Both the position numbers and the translations under genes were made by a program. A stretch of DNA of 64,000 bases from Planctomycetota bacterium (GTDB taxonomy: Bacteria; Planctomycetota; UBA1135; UBA2386). Below, piece by piece: positions 1 to 12,110 of this stretch (position 1 is its first letter; each line of letters starts with the position of its first letter). The DNA lies in the NCBI GenBank assembly GCA_046290465.1, contig JBKAGP010000001.1, positions 1,472,001 through 1,536,000 of the forward strand. The letters run 5' to 3'. The notes beneath the pieces were generated by a model. It had not been told where the DNA came from, ran no database searches, and saw only the letters and a program-made list of their open reading frames with translations.

Positions 1-623
1 CCAGCGTGGTGCTGTTCGACGAGGTCGAGAAGGCGCACTACAAGGTGCACAACCTGCTGCTGCAGCTGCTCGACGAGGGCATCATCACGGACAGCAAGGG
101 CCAGACGGTGTCGTTCAACCAGGCGCTGATCCTGATGACGAGCAACCTCGGCATCGAGAAGATCGACGCGGTGCGCACCCGCATGGGCTTCTCCGCCGCG
201 CACAAGCGCCAGAGCCTGCAGGACATCGACCTGCGCGACGTGACCAACGAGGCGCTGCGCGAGTTCTTCCGCCCCGAGTTCGTCAACCGCATCGACGAAG
301 TCATCATGTTCAACCCGCTGGACGAGAAGGTCTGCCAGCGCATCGCCGGCAACATGCTGCGCGAGGTCGCCGACCTGCTCGCCCGCCGCGGCATCAAGGC
401 GACGTTCTCGCCGCAGGTGCGCGTGCAGCTGGCCAAGGACGGCTTCAGCGAGGAGTTCGGCGCCCGCGAACTGCGCCGTCTGATCAAGCGCAACATCGAG
501 GACCCGCTGACCGAACTGATCCTCGACCACGACCTCGGCCAGGGCTCCAAGGTCGCGGTCCGCTGCCGCAACGGCCGCTACACCTTCGCCTGCGAAGAGG
601 CCAAGGTCACCCAACCCGCCTGA
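1..623 (+). CDS. Clp/Hsp100 ATPase (ClpB/ClpC-like), 3' part; gene begins before the window
   Basis: Walker B 'VVLFDEVEKAH', 'ILMTSNLG', 'FRPEFVNRIDE' and 'FGARELRR' motifs of the second AAA+ domain. Confidence 0.9.
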   Translation, partial: SVVLFDEVEKAHYKVHNLLLQLLDEGIITDSKGQTVSFNQALILMTSNLGIEKIDAVRTRMGFSAAHKRQSLQDIDLRDVTNEALREFFRPEFVNRIDEVIMFNPLDEKVCQRIAGNMLREVADLLARRGIKATFSPQVRVQLAKDGFSEEFGARELRRLIKRNIEDPLTELILDHDLGQGSKVAVRCRNGRYTFACEEAKVTQPA

Positions 624-700
624 GTTGCCGTACGGTACGCGGTTCATCCTCCAACTTCGCGTTCCGCGAAGTTGAGGATGACCGCGTACCGTACGGCAAC
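624..700. repeat. Long palindromic (REP/MITE-like) element directly after the clp stop codon
   Basis: GTTGCCGTACGGTACGCGGT(T)CATCCTC(C)AACTTCGCG-ttc-CGCGAAGTTGAGGATGACCGCGTACCGTACGGCAAC; one arm recurs at 60696-60732. Confidence 0.85.
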
Positions 701-777
701 CTGGTGGGGTGGCGATGCTGGACGTGGCGGGTCGGCGGCCCTACCTTGCCGGCCGCCTGCCCGGCAGGCCCTGATCG

Positions 778-2037
778 ATGCTACTGCTCGTTCTCGCCGT
801 CACCTTCTCGCTGCTGTTCTCCTTCATCTGCTCGATCTCGGAGGCGACGCTGCTCAGCGTCGGTCCCGCCCAGGTCGAGAGGCTGGCTCAGGGAGGCACG
901 CGGCTGGGCCGCCTGCTGCAGCGCTTCCGCATCGAGCCGGACCGCCCGATCGCGGCGATCCTGATCGTCAACACGATCAGCAACTCGGGCGGTGCCGCGA
1001 TCGCGAGTGCGCAGTTCGCCGAGGTGTTCCCGCAGGTCGACGAACTGTGGTTCGCGGCGGCGTTCGTGGTCACCGTGCTGGCGGTCACCGAGATCGTGCC
1101 CAAGACGATGGGCGTCGTGCACGCCGACAGCCTGGCGATCCCGGTCACCGGCGTCGTGCAGACGATGATCGTGGTGGTCTGGCCGCTGCTGTTCGTGACC
1201 CGCTGGCTGGCCCGCCTGTTCGCGCGCGCCGACGGCGGCCCGACCACGTCGCTCGACGAGATCCGGGTGATGGCGACCGCCGGCATGAGCCAGGGCGCGT
1301 TCGGACGCATCACCGGCGAACTGATCCAGAACGCCACCAAGCTGCGCGACCTGACCGCCAAGGACGTGATGGTCTCGCGCGATCGCGTCACCTACCTGTC
1401 GGGCAACCAGCCGACCGAGGCCAACCTCAAGCGCGTGCACCGCACCGGCCACAGCCGCTTCCCATACACCCCCACCGGCGAGCTCGACGACGTCAAGGGC
1501 GTGGTCTTGACCAAGGAGCTGCTGTTCTCGCTGCGCGACGACCAGGAGCCCGACTGGGAGTCGCTGCTGATCGAACTGCTGATCGTGCCCGAGTCGGCGA
1601 CGCTCAACCACGTGCTGCGCCGCTTCCAGCTCAGCAAGCGCCACCTGGCGATCGTCGTCGACGAGTACGGCTCGACCGAGGGCATCGTCACGCTCGAGGA
1701 CGTGCTCGAGGAGATCGTCGGCGAGATCGAGGACGAGTCCGACATCGACCAGAGCCTGATCCAGGAACGTCCCGACGGCGCGCTGCTGTGCCTGGGTTCG
1801 GCCGAGGTCGCCGACGTGTTCCGCCGCCTCGGCCTCGACGGCGTCGAGACCGACAGCAAGACGCTGTCCGGGTTCCTGGCCGAGCGGCTCGACAACGTGC
1901 CGTCGGCCGGCGCGCACGTCGACGTCGGCGACTTCCGGTTCGAGGTGCTCAAGGCCAACAACCGGCGCGCCGAACGGATCCGCGCCGCGCGGATCCCGCC
2001 GCCGGACGAAGCCCCGCAATCGGGCGGCTCGCAATAA
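778..2037 (+). CDS. CNNM/CorC-HlyC family membrane protein (DUF21 + CBS pair + CorC domain)
   Basis: '[14 protein letters not shown]', 'EIVPKT', 'HSRFP', '[28 protein letters not shown]'. Confidence 0.92.
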   Translation: MLLLVLAVTFSLLFSFICSISEATLLSVGPAQVERLAQGGTRLGRLLQRFRIEPDRPIAAILIVNTISNSGGAAIASAQFAEVFPQVDELWFAAAFVVTVLAVTEIVPKTMGVVHADSLAIPVTGVVQTMIVVVWPLLFVTRWLARLFARADGGPTTSLDEIRVMATAGMSQGAFGRITGELIQNATKLRDLTAKDVMVSRDRVTYLSGNQPTEANLKRVHRTGHSRFPYTPTGELDDVKGVVLTKELLFSLRDDQEPDWESLLIELLIVPESATLNHVLRRFQLSKRHLAIVVDEYGSTEGIVTLEDVLEEIVGEIEDESDIDQSLIQERPDGALLCLGSAEVADVFRRLGLDGVETDSKTLSGFLAERLDNVPSAGAHVDVGDFRFEVLKANNRRAERIRAARIPPPDEAPQSGGSQ

Positions 2038-2131
2038 TCTGGCGGCGGCCCCGTCTGAGCGCGCCCAATCCCGCGTCACGCTGCGTAACGTGGGCCCCGA
2101 GAACGCCCGCAGGAAGATGGGCGAACGCGTC

Positions 2132-4249
2132 ATGACCAGATACCTCGTCGCCGCCCTCGCCCCCCTCGCCGCTCTGGCCACCCTGCTGCCCGCCCAGGGG
2201 CCGACCTTCGTACCCGCATCGCCGCCGCTGGTCAGCATCCGGGCCACCGGGGTGCCCCGGCTGCTGGCGCAGTGGCCGCAGACGGCGCTCGGCAAGCTGT
2301 TCGCCGACGAGGACGCCAGGGCCGCGGGCGAACTGGGCGTGCGCTACACCGCGAGCCAGATCCGCCGCCAGCACGCCCTGCGCATGGCCGTGCAGGAGCT
2401 CGACGACTTCGGCGACCTGCAGCCCTACATGATCTCGATGCTCTACCGGCTCGAGGAGTCAGAGATCTGGCGGCTGCTCGAGCAGCCGGTCGAGCAGGTG
2501 CAGTCGGTCGAGCTGACGATCGCCGCCGACCCCGAGAAGGGCATGCGCAGCTACCCGCACGTGCTGCGCACGATGGCGTGCCGGCCGCGCTACGAGGGCC
2601 AGTGGACCCAGAGCTTCGACGACGAGGCGCAGGCGCGCGACCGTTCGCGGCTGTTCCGCACCGTCAAGGACGCCAAGGTCGACGGCTTCCCGGCCTACGC
2701 CTTCCAGGTGCCGAAGGAAGAGCTGCAGGGCGGCAACACGATGATCCCGCCGCAGCAGTGGATGCTGCACCTGCCCGGCCGCTTCGTCTACGGCAACGGC
2801 ATGCCGAAGGAACTCGGCAAGGTCGACGTCGGCCCGGCGCGCACCGAGGCCGAGATCTGCCTCGAGATGGACCTCGCGGTCTACACGGCGATGTTCCAGC
2901 AGATGGGCCGCGGCGTCGACCGCGAGTTCCGGGCGCTCGGCTTCGACACCCTCAAGCACCTCAAGTGGAGCGGCACGTTCGTCGGCGACCTGTTCCGCGA
3001 CGCGCTCACCCTCGAGCTGTCGCAGGAGCCGGGTGGTCTGGTCGCCGCGCTGCTCAACGCGAACGCGCCGCTGCCGGCCCAGGCGCTGCCCGACGGCGGG
3101 CTGGCGCAGCTGCGCGTCGCGATCGACCTGGCCTCGACGTTCGAAGAACTCGCCAAGCTCGACAACGACCTCGAGCTGCCCAAGGAGATCACCGAGGCGG
3201 CGCTCGCGGCCTTCGACGGCGGCCTCGCGATCGCCTGCTGCGCGCCGCCGCCGGGCGGCCTGATCCCGCGGGTCTACCTGACCGCCAACCTGAAGGACGC
3301 AGCCGCGTTCGAGAAGCTGCTGGCGATGTTCGTCAACGACAACCTGCCGGTGAAGGAGCTGAAGTTCGGCGACGTCGCGGTCCGCGCGCTGCGGATCCCG
3401 GACGCACCGCAAGGCCTGCAGCCGGCCTGGTGCGTGGTCGACGGCAAGCTGCACGTCGCCGAGTCGGCGCGCAGCCTGCGCTCGTTCCTCAAGACCCAGA
3501 AGGGCGACGCCGTGGCGATGGACGTCGACGGCATGGAGGCGCCGGCGGGCGACGGCGAGCTGATGCCGACGTTCGACCTGCGCTACGACCCGGCGGCGAT
3601 CTACGAGAACTTCTACGAGCACTGGCTGCCGCTGTTCGAGCTCAGCGGCGCGTCCGACCTGCCGCCGCCGGTGCGCCGCCGCGACTTGCCGGATCCGGAC
3701 GACATCGGCGAGTTCCTCGGCAAGGGCCGCGGCGTGCTGCGCCGCGACGGCAAGCGCTACCAGCTGATCCAGGCCAGCCCGACGGGCGGCCTCGAGACCA
3801 CCGCGCTACTGTTCACGTGGAGCACGATGCTGGCGCCGCAGGCCTACGACTACTACACCGAGCAGTACTCGCTGATGGTCGCGCGCAGCAAGCTCGAGAA
3901 GGTGTTCGAAGCGCTCGAACGGTTCCAGAAGCGCGAGCAGCGGCGTCCGCGCGACCTCGCCGAGCTGTTCACCGCCGAACGGCTGCCCGACGACGCGCTG
4001 CTGCTGCCGGCCGACGACCTGGCCGAGGAGCTGGCCCTGCCCGACGGCCGCAAGGTGCGCACGTCGTTCCGCTACTACCCCGAAACGACCCAGTTCCAGG
4101 GCCTGCAGCAGAACAACGCCAAGGTGCTGCTGATCGAGGTCCGGGCGCACCGCTACAACCGCGCGGTGATGTGCGAGGACGGCAGCGTGCCCGAAGCCTA
4201 CGGCGTGGACTGCCGCAAGGAGATCGATCAGTTCGGCTCGGGCCGCTGA
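2132..4249 (+). CDS. Secreted hypothetical protein with C-terminal H-X9-DG motif
   Basis: Signal-peptide-like start MTRYLVAALAPLAALATLLPAQ, host-like codon use, C-terminal H-RYNRAVMCE-DG. Confidence 0.75.
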   Translation: MTRYLVAALAPLAALATLLPAQGPTFVPASPPLVSIRATGVPRLLAQWPQTALGKLFADEDARAAGELGVRYTASQIRRQHALRMAVQELDDFGDLQPYMISMLYRLEESEIWRLLEQPVEQVQSVELTIAADPEKGMRSYPHVLRTMACRPRYEGQWTQSFDDEAQARDRSRLFRTVKDAKVDGFPAYAFQVPKEELQGGNTMIPPQQWMLHLPGRFVYGNGMPKELGKVDVGPARTEAEICLEMDLAVYTAMFQQMGRGVDREFRALGFDTLKHLKWSGTFVGDLFRDALTLELSQEPGGLVAALLNANAPLPAQALPDGGLAQLRVAIDLASTFEELAKLDNDLELPKEITEAALAAFDGGLAIACCAPPPGGLIPRVYLTANLKDAAAFEKLLAMFVNDNLPVKELKFGDVAVRALRIPDAPQGLQPAWCVVDGKLHVAESARSLRSFLKTQKGDAVAMDVDGMEAPAGDGELMPTFDLRYDPAAIYENFYEHWLPLFELSGASDLPPPVRRRDLPDPDDIGEFLGKGRGVLRRDGKRYQLIQASPTGGLETTALLFTWSTMLAPQAYDYYTEQYSLMVARSKLEKVFEALERFQKREQRRPRDLAELFTAERLPDDALLLPADDLAEELALPDGRKVRTSFRYYPETTQFQGLQQNNAKVLLIEVRAHRYNRAVMCEDGSVPEAYGVDCRKEIDQFGSGR

Positions 4250-6102
4250 GGCTCACCGTCCGCACGCCGCGGCGCCGAGGTGTCGAGGCGCGTGTAGACC
4301 TGCTCGGCGACCGAACGCGGCAGCCCGGGCATCGCCAGCAGGTCCTCCTTCGAGGCCTGCTTGAGCGCCGTCAGCGAACCGAAGTGGCGCAGCAGCGCGC
4401 GGCGTCGCGTCGGCCCGACGCCGGGGATGTCGTCGAGTTCGCTGGTGATCTTGCCGCGCTGCTTGCGGTGGTAGGTGATCGCAAAGCGGTGCGCCTCGTC
4501 GCGGATCGCCGCGACCAGCAGCATCTCCGGCATGTCCTTGCCGAGCGGCACCGGCGTCTCGGTGTCTGGCAGGAAGATGCGCTCACCGCTCTCGGCCCGC
4601 GCGTCGCCGACGCCCTGCAAGCGGCTCTTGGCCAGCCCGCACAGGCGCAGGTCGTCCTGCAGCCCGAGTTCCTCGACCGCGCGCACCGCCGCCGCCAGCT
4701 GGCCCCGGCCGCCGTCGACGATCAGCAGGTCGGGCAGCTCCTCGTCCTCGCGTTCGACGCACAGCCGCAGGCTGCGCCGCACCGCCTCCTCCATCGCGGA
4801 GAAGTCGTCGCCGGCGTGCTCGGCGCTGATCTTGAAGCGGCGGTAGTGCGCCTTGAACGGCTGGCCCTCGTGGAAGCAGACCCGCGAGGCGACCGTGCTG
4901 GTGCCTTGGATCGTCGACACGTCGAGGCAATGCAGCCGCTGCGGCACGTCGTCGAGCTCCAGCAGGTTGGCCAGCCGTTCGGCCGCCGCACGCCGCCGCG
5001 CGTCGGCGTCGACCGCGACCGCATCGCCGAGTTCGGCGTTCTGCATCGCCAGCGCCAGGTGCTTCCTGCGTTCGCCGCGCTGCGGCACGTGCAGCTCGAC
5101 CCGGCCACCGCGCTTGTGCTCGAGCCATTCGCGCAGGATCGCCGGCTCGTCGGGCATCTGCGGCACCAGCAGCGCGCGCGGCACGAACCGGTCGCCCTGG
5201 TAGAGCCGCGCCAGCACGTCGGCGAGCAGCAGTCCGTCCGGCGCTTCGCTCTTCAGCGTGTGCCGGGTGCACTGCTCGAGCGCCCCCTCGCGAAACGCCA
5301 GATAGGCGATCGTCACCTCGTCGCCGCGTCGGAACACGCCGATGGCGTCCTCGTCGCCGCCGCGCGCGACCACCGACTGCCGCTCGGCCACCCGCTGCAG
5401 CGCCTGCATCTGCTCCTTCATCGCCTGCGCGCGCTCAAACTCGAGCTGCTCGGCCGCCTCGGCCATGCGCTGCTTGAGGCCGTGCACCAGCGGGCCGATC
5501 TCACCGCGCAGGATGCGCACGGCCTCGTCGAGCAGCCGGTCGTATTCCTCGCGCGTGATCGCGTCGACGCACGGCGCCGGACACCGGCCGATCTGGTGCT
5601 TGATGCACGCCCGCGTCCGGTTGTGGAACACCGCGTCGGCGCAGTCGCGCAGCGGCACCACCTTGTGCAGCAGCCGCAGCGTGCGGCGCGCGGACTTGGC
5701 CGACGCGAACGGCCCGAAGTACATCGCCCCGTCCTCGCGCCGCCGCCGCACGAACCGGAACCACGGCCAGTCCTCGCGCCGGTCGAGCCGCAGCAGCAGG
5801 AAGGCCTTGTCGTCTTTCAGCTTGATGTTGTAGCGCGGCTTGTGCTTCTTGATGACGGTGTTCTCGAGCAGCAGCGCCTCGGTCTCGGTGCCGGTCGCGA
5901 TGAACTCGACGTCGCGCGCCTCGCGCTCGAGGAAGCGCAGCTGGTAGCGGCCGTCGCCGCCGGGCGTCAGGTAGTTGCGCACCCGGGCGCGCAGGTCGGC
6001 CGCCTTGCCGACGTAGAGCACCTTGCCATCGCCGTCGCGGAACAGGTAGACCCCCGGCCCCTTCGGGAAGCGGGACACCTTGTCGCGGATGCTCTGGTCC
6101 AT
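4228..6102 (-). CDS. uvrC: Excinuclease ABC subunit C
   Basis: GIY-YIG 'PGVYLF...LYVGKA', 'KPRYNIKLKDDK', 'PDLLIVDGGRGQL', 'IRDEAHRFAI', HhH 'IPGVGPTRR'. Confidence 0.97.
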   Translation of the reverse strand: MDQSIRDKVSRFPKGPGVYLFRDGDGKVLYVGKAADLRARVRNYLTPGGDGRYQLRFLEREARDVEFIATGTETEALLLENTVIKKHKPRYNIKLKDDKAFLLLRLDRREDWPWFRFVRRRREDGAMYFGPFASAKSARRTLRLLHKVVPLRDCADAVFHNRTRACIKHQIGRCPAPCVDAITREEYDRLLDEAVRILRGEIGPLVHGLKQRMAEAAEQLEFERAQAMKEQMQALQRVAERQSVVARGGDEDAIGVFRRGDEVTIAYLAFREGALEQCTRHTLKSEAPDGLLLADVLARLYQGDRFVPRALLVPQMPDEPAILREWLEHKRGGRVELHVPQRGERRKHLALAMQNAELGDAVAVDADARRRAAAERLANLLELDDVPQRLHCLDVSTIQGTSTVASRVCFHEGQPFKAHYRRFKISAEHAGDDFSAMEEAVRRSLRLCVEREDEELPDLLIVDGGRGQLAAAVRAVEELGLQDDLRLCGLAKSRLQGVGDARAESGERIFLPDTETPVPLGKDMPEMLLVAAIRDEAHRFAITYHRKQRGKITSELDDIPGVGPTRRRALLRHFGSLTALKQASKEDLLAMPGLPRSVAEQVYTRLDTSAPRRADGEPQRPEPN

Positions 6103-6191
6103 TGCAGCAGGCCTGACGATGCGCCACGAACGCGGCCGCGACAAGTCACAGTTCGCTGTCACGCCCGCGCCGCGCCGTTCGTCCAGAGGGC

Positions 6192-6710
6192 ATGGACGAC
6201 ACCCTCGCGACCCGCCGCCGAGAGCTGCAGGCCTTTGGCGCCCACTTCGACTACGACGTCACTTACCTCGAACGGCTGATGGACGCCGCCCCCGAGGCCT
6301 ACCTGGCGTTCGCCGACGCGCAGCCGCTCGGCCGCCGCCGCGCCGCGCTGCTGCCCGAGGCCCACGCGGTTGCCTGCACCGCCGTGATGCTGCACGACGA
6401 CTGCGGCGCCTGCGCGCAGCTCAACCTGCGCATGGCGGTCGAGGCCGGCGTCGACCGCGCGCTGCTGCAGACGATGCTCGACCGACCGGAGGACCTGCCG
6501 GGCCCGCTGCACGACGTGTTCGAGCACGCCCGCCAGGTCGTGCGCGGCAGCGACCCCGATCCCGAGCGCGTCGAACGGCTGCGCCAGCACCTCGGCGAGG
6601 CGGCGTTCGGCGAGCTCGCCGCGACGATCACCGGCGCACGCATCTACCCGACGATGAAGCGCGCGCTCGGCACCACGACCACTTGCCGCCGCCCGACCCT
6701 GGACTTCTGA
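6192..6710 (+). CDS. Carboxymuconolactone decarboxylase/AhpD-like protein
   Basis: 'DDCGAC' CxxC in helical context; coupled (TGATG) to an ECF41-type sigma factor, a typical pairing. Confidence 0.7.
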   Translation: MDDTLATRRRELQAFGAHFDYDVTYLERLMDAAPEAYLAFADAQPLGRRRAALLPEAHAVACTAVMLHDDCGACAQLNLRMAVEAGVDRALLQTMLDRPEDLPGPLHDVFEHARQVVRGSDPDPERVERLRQHLGEAAFGELAATITGARIYPTMKRALGTTTTCRRPTLDF

Positions 6711-7612
6711 TGCACCGCCCGATGCCCGTGCACGAAGCCTTCGAACGCGAACGCGACCACCTGACGCGCCTCGCCTACCGCATGCTCGGCGTCGTCGCCG
6801 ACGCCGAGGACACGGTGCAAGACGCCTACGTGCGCTGGCTGCACGCCGGCGAACCCGAGCTCGACGCGCCGCGCGCGTGGTTCACCCGCACGGTGACCCG
6901 GCTGTGCGTCGACCGCCTGCGCCGCGACGCGCGCGGGCCGGCCTACCCCGGCGAGTGGCTGCCCGAGCCATGGATCGACCCGCGCGCCGAACAGGAGCGC
7001 CTCGACGAGACGCTGTCGGTCGCCCTGCTGGCCACCATCCGCCGTCTGGCACCTCGCGCCCGCGCGGTGTTCCTGCTGCACGACGTGTTCGGCTACGCCT
7101 TCGACGAGGTCGCGGCCATGCTCGACCTCAAGGTCGACCACTGCCGCCAGATCGCCAGCCGCGCCCGCCGCGACCTGCGCGAACGGCCGGTGACCGCGCC
7201 GCGCGACCCGGCCGGCGAACGCCGCATCGGCGAGGCGTTCTTCTCGGCGATCCGCGACGGCGAGCTCGATCGGCTGCGCGATCTGCTCTGCGACGACGTG
7301 GTGATGCGCAGCGACGGCGGCGGCAAGGTCGTCGCGGTCCCCTACCCGCTGCACGGCAAGGACCGGGTGGTGCGCTTCTTCGACAAGATCTACCGCGGCA
7401 TCCCGGAGCTTCAGCAGCTGCGCATCGCCGCGTGCTGGGCCAACGGCGAGCCGGCGTTCGCGATGCTGACCGAGGACGGCATCGAGTCGTGGTTCACGTT
7501 CGTCTGCGTCGATGGCCGCATCGCCGAAGTGCTGGTGCAGCGCAACCCCGACAAGCTGGCCCGGCCGGCCGATGCGCTGTTCGGACGCGGCCGCCGCGAC
7601 GGGCTCAGTTGA
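6710..7612 (+). CDS. ECF sigma factor, SigJ/ECF41 type with C-terminal SnoaL-like domain
   Basis: 'LAYRMLG..ADAEDTVQDAY', 'YPGEWLPEP', 'SDGGGKV', 'RNPDKL'. Confidence 0.93.
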   Translation: MHRPMPVHEAFERERDHLTRLAYRMLGVVADAEDTVQDAYVRWLHAGEPELDAPRAWFTRTVTRLCVDRLRRDARGPAYPGEWLPEPWIDPRAEQERLDETLSVALLATIRRLAPRARAVFLLHDVFGYAFDEVAAMLDLKVDHCRQIASRARRDLRERPVTAPRDPAGERRIGEAFFSAIRDGELDRLRDLLCDDVVMRSDGGGKVVAVPYPLHGKDRVVRFFDKIYRGIPELQQLRIAACWANGEPAFAMLTEDGIESWFTFVCVDGRIAEVLVQRNPDKLARPADALFGRGRRDGLS

Positions 7613-8393
7613 CCCGCTCGAACGCCATCAGCTCGTAGGTCAGGTGGCCGGCGACGTAGGCGTCCCACTCGAGCGTGCCGCAGTCGAGCATGTCGTCGAT
7701 GTCCTTGCGGATGCTCGCCACGCGGCCCTCGTACTCGGCGATCCAGCGGTCCTTGTTCTCGCGCAGGACCTCCAGACAGCGCCCCGTCATCCGGTAGGCG
7801 GCGCGGCTGACGTCGCACTTGGTGCGCAGCTGCAGGCCGAGCTGCTGCGCCCCCTTCAGCACGCGCGGCAGGAAATGGAAGCGGCCCTGTTCGCGCGGCA
7901 CGTCGACGTGCAGGAACTGGTCGCCGATGTGCAGCCGTCCGCCGGGACGCAGCGCCGCGTGCGCGCGGCGCAGCGTGTCGATCGGGTCGTCGAAGTACTG
8001 GAACGACTCCTGGAACAGCACCCAGTCGTAGGCGCGCTGCGGCACGAACTCCTCGAACCGGACCACCTGGAAGTCGACCGCATGCCGCACGTCGTCCTGC
8101 GCCGCAGCCAGCCGCGCGTACTCGACCAGCGGCGCATCCGGCGAGATCGACGTCACCGCGACGTCCTTGCGCGACAACCAGCGCGCGGTCGCGCCGAGCC
8201 CGGCGCCGACGTCGAGCGCGGTCTCGAGCCTGCCCGGCCGGAAGAACAGGTTGAGCTCCATCATGTTCTCCTGGGCCTGGCCCGGATCCTCGTCGTCGGT
8301 CCGGAACCAGCCGAAGTGCATGTGGTCCGACCCCGTCAGCAGGCGGAACAGGTAGTACGGTGCCGGCAGCGTGAAGACGTCGGGGGCGCTCAT
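7605..8393 (-). CDS. Class I SAM-dependent methyltransferase
   Basis: 'HMHFGWF', motif I 'ALDVGAGLG', 'LRPGGRL'. Confidence 0.85.
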   Translation of the reverse strand: MSAPDVFTLPAPYYLFRLLTGSDHMHFGWFRTDDEDPGQAQENMMELNLFFRPGRLETALDVGAGLGATARWLSRKDVAVTSISPDAPLVEYARLAAAQDDVRHAVDFQVVRFEEFVPQRAYDWVLFQESFQYFDDPIDTLRRAHAALRPGGRLHIGDQFLHVDVPREQGRFHFLPRVLKGAQQLGLQLRTKCDVSRAAYRMTGRCLEVLRENKDRWIAEYEGRVASIRKDIDDMLDCGTLEWDAYVAGHLTYELMAFERVN

Positions 8394-8455
8394 GCGCGCA
8401 GCTTGGCCATTGCCGCCCCGCTTGGCAACTGCCGGCCGCCGCGGTTGGCTGCCGC

Positions 8456-10516
<2,061 letters not shown>

Positions 10517-10671
10517 CGCCACGGTTTACTCGAATCGCGCCCGGTCGCGAGCCTCGGCCCGGCCAAACCGACCGCCACCCCCCGCCGTTGGAGGACGTTG
10601 ATCCCCGGCGCATACGCCCTTACCGTCGTGCGCTCGTTCGCCCCCTCGACCCAAACCCGGCAGGTTCCTCC

Positions 10672-11988
10672 GTGGCCAGACGCCGCTCCTCCGCATCCCG
10701 TCGCAGCAGCTCCTCCGCCCGCTCCGGCGCCCGTTCCTCGACCTCGTCGCAGCGCCCCCGCGCCCGCACCGACGGCAAGGTCGACATCCAGTGCCCGCAG
10801 TGCGGCGCCGCCTACCGCGTCGGCGAGGACATGCTCGACGAGAAGATCGAGTGCGCCGACTGCCACCGCGTCTTCTTCGCCAAGACCACGGCCGGCCGCC
10901 GCGTGCAGAAGCCGGACTACACCAAGGCCTACGTCGGCTTCGGCATCGCCGTGGTCGTGATCGTCGGCATCTTCATCGCCCTGGGCGGCAAAAAGGACGA
11001 GCCGAAGAAGAAGCAGACCGTCGAGCAGCCCAAGGTCGAGCAGTACAGCCGCGGCACCCACCCGCGCGCGCGCGAGCTGGCCGCCTGGGCCAAGTCGATC
11101 GGCGACAACAACCAGCTGGTACTGGCGCGCCACAGCGACCTGCGCGCGCTGTCCAAGCAGCTCGAGCTCGCCGACAGCGAGTCGGCGACCGTCATCAACG
11201 GCCTGCAGCAGCACGAGTCGACCGAACTGCTGCGCACGATGGACTGCAGCAGCGCCGAGCTCGACACCGAGCAGGACATGACCACACAGACCGGCAGCGG
11301 CAAGATCTACGTGACGCCGAAGTCGGGCGACGAGCGCTTCAAGCGCAACACCAACGGCATCTTCTCGGTGACGTTCCAGGTCGAGAACGGTACCGTCAAG
11401 GTGACCAGCTTCACGAAGACGCGCGAGCCGATCTACGCGCCCGGCAAGGACCCGAGCGTCAAGCGCTACGAGGTCAACAAGAACATCGCTAAGGCCGAGA
11501 GCGTGACGATCACCGACTCGGCCGGCACCCGCACGGTGCAGGAGTCCAAGCCCGGCCCGATGCCGCACTGGGACAAGGCCACGCCGGCCCAGCGCGAGAT
11601 GGCCGACAAGTGCGTCGCCGACATCATCGCCAGCGCCGACGACAACGCGCCCGGCGGGCTGTTCAACCGCGCGACCCTCAAGATCCGCAGCATGGAGGAC
11701 AAGCAGGCGGTGATCCCGCGCGTGCTCAACGCGATGTACGAGCGCTACGAGGACCCGAACCCGCGCAACATGGAGCTCAGCCAGCTCAACCGCGCAGTCG
11801 CCAACTGGACCGGCTACGCCGTCAACTACCAGGTCCGCGACAGCGGCGACGCCGAGAAGGACAAGAAGGAACGCCAGTCCTGCGTGCGCCAGTGGTTCGC
11901 GTTCTGGCGCCGCTACCACAAGGACCTGAGCGAGTTCTTCGACGAGGGCGACAACCTCGAAGGCGAAGGCGACGACGGCGGCAAGTAG
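10672..11988 (+). CDS. Zinc-ribbon (CPQC...CADC) single-TM membrane protein
   Basis: Two CxxC pairs, TM 'AYVGFGIAVVVIVGIFIALG', extracytoplasmic C-terminus; start uncertain (GTG 10672). Confidence 0.75.
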   Translation: MARRRSSASRRSSSSARSGARSSTSSQRPRARTDGKVDIQCPQCGAAYRVGEDMLDEKIECADCHRVFFAKTTAGRRVQKPDYTKAYVGFGIAVVVIVGIFIALGGKKDEPKKKQTVEQPKVEQYSRGTHPRARELAAWAKSIGDNNQLVLARHSDLRALSKQLELADSESATVINGLQQHESTELLRTMDCSSAELDTEQDMTTQTGSGKIYVTPKSGDERFKRNTNGIFSVTFQVENGTVKVTSFTKTREPIYAPGKDPSVKRYEVNKNIAKAESVTITDSAGTRTVQESKPGPMPHWDKATPAQREMADKCVADIIASADDNAPGGLFNRATLKIRSMEDKQAVIPRVLNAMYERYEDPNPRNMELSQLNRAVANWTGYAVNYQVRDSGDAEKDKKERQSCVRQWFAFWRRYHKDLSEFFDEGDNLEGEGDDGGK

Positions 11989-12027
11989 GCCGCCGCGCCC
12001 GTCCTTGGCCCGACCGCGCTGCACGAC

Positions 12028-12078
12028 CCTCCCGCACAACTCCGCCTCCCGCACAACCCCGCCTCCCGCACAACCCCG
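12028..12078. repeat. Intergenic 17-bp tandem repeat x3
   Basis: CCTCCCGCACAAC(T/C)CCG three times. Confidence 0.85.
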
Positions 12079-12110
12079 ACCGATTCCGAGCGACCAGGAG
12101 CCCCCAACCG

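Noticed and set aside
6192..7612. CMD-like gene plus SnoaL-fused ECF as a novel system
   Set aside because: Matches the described ECF41 arrangement
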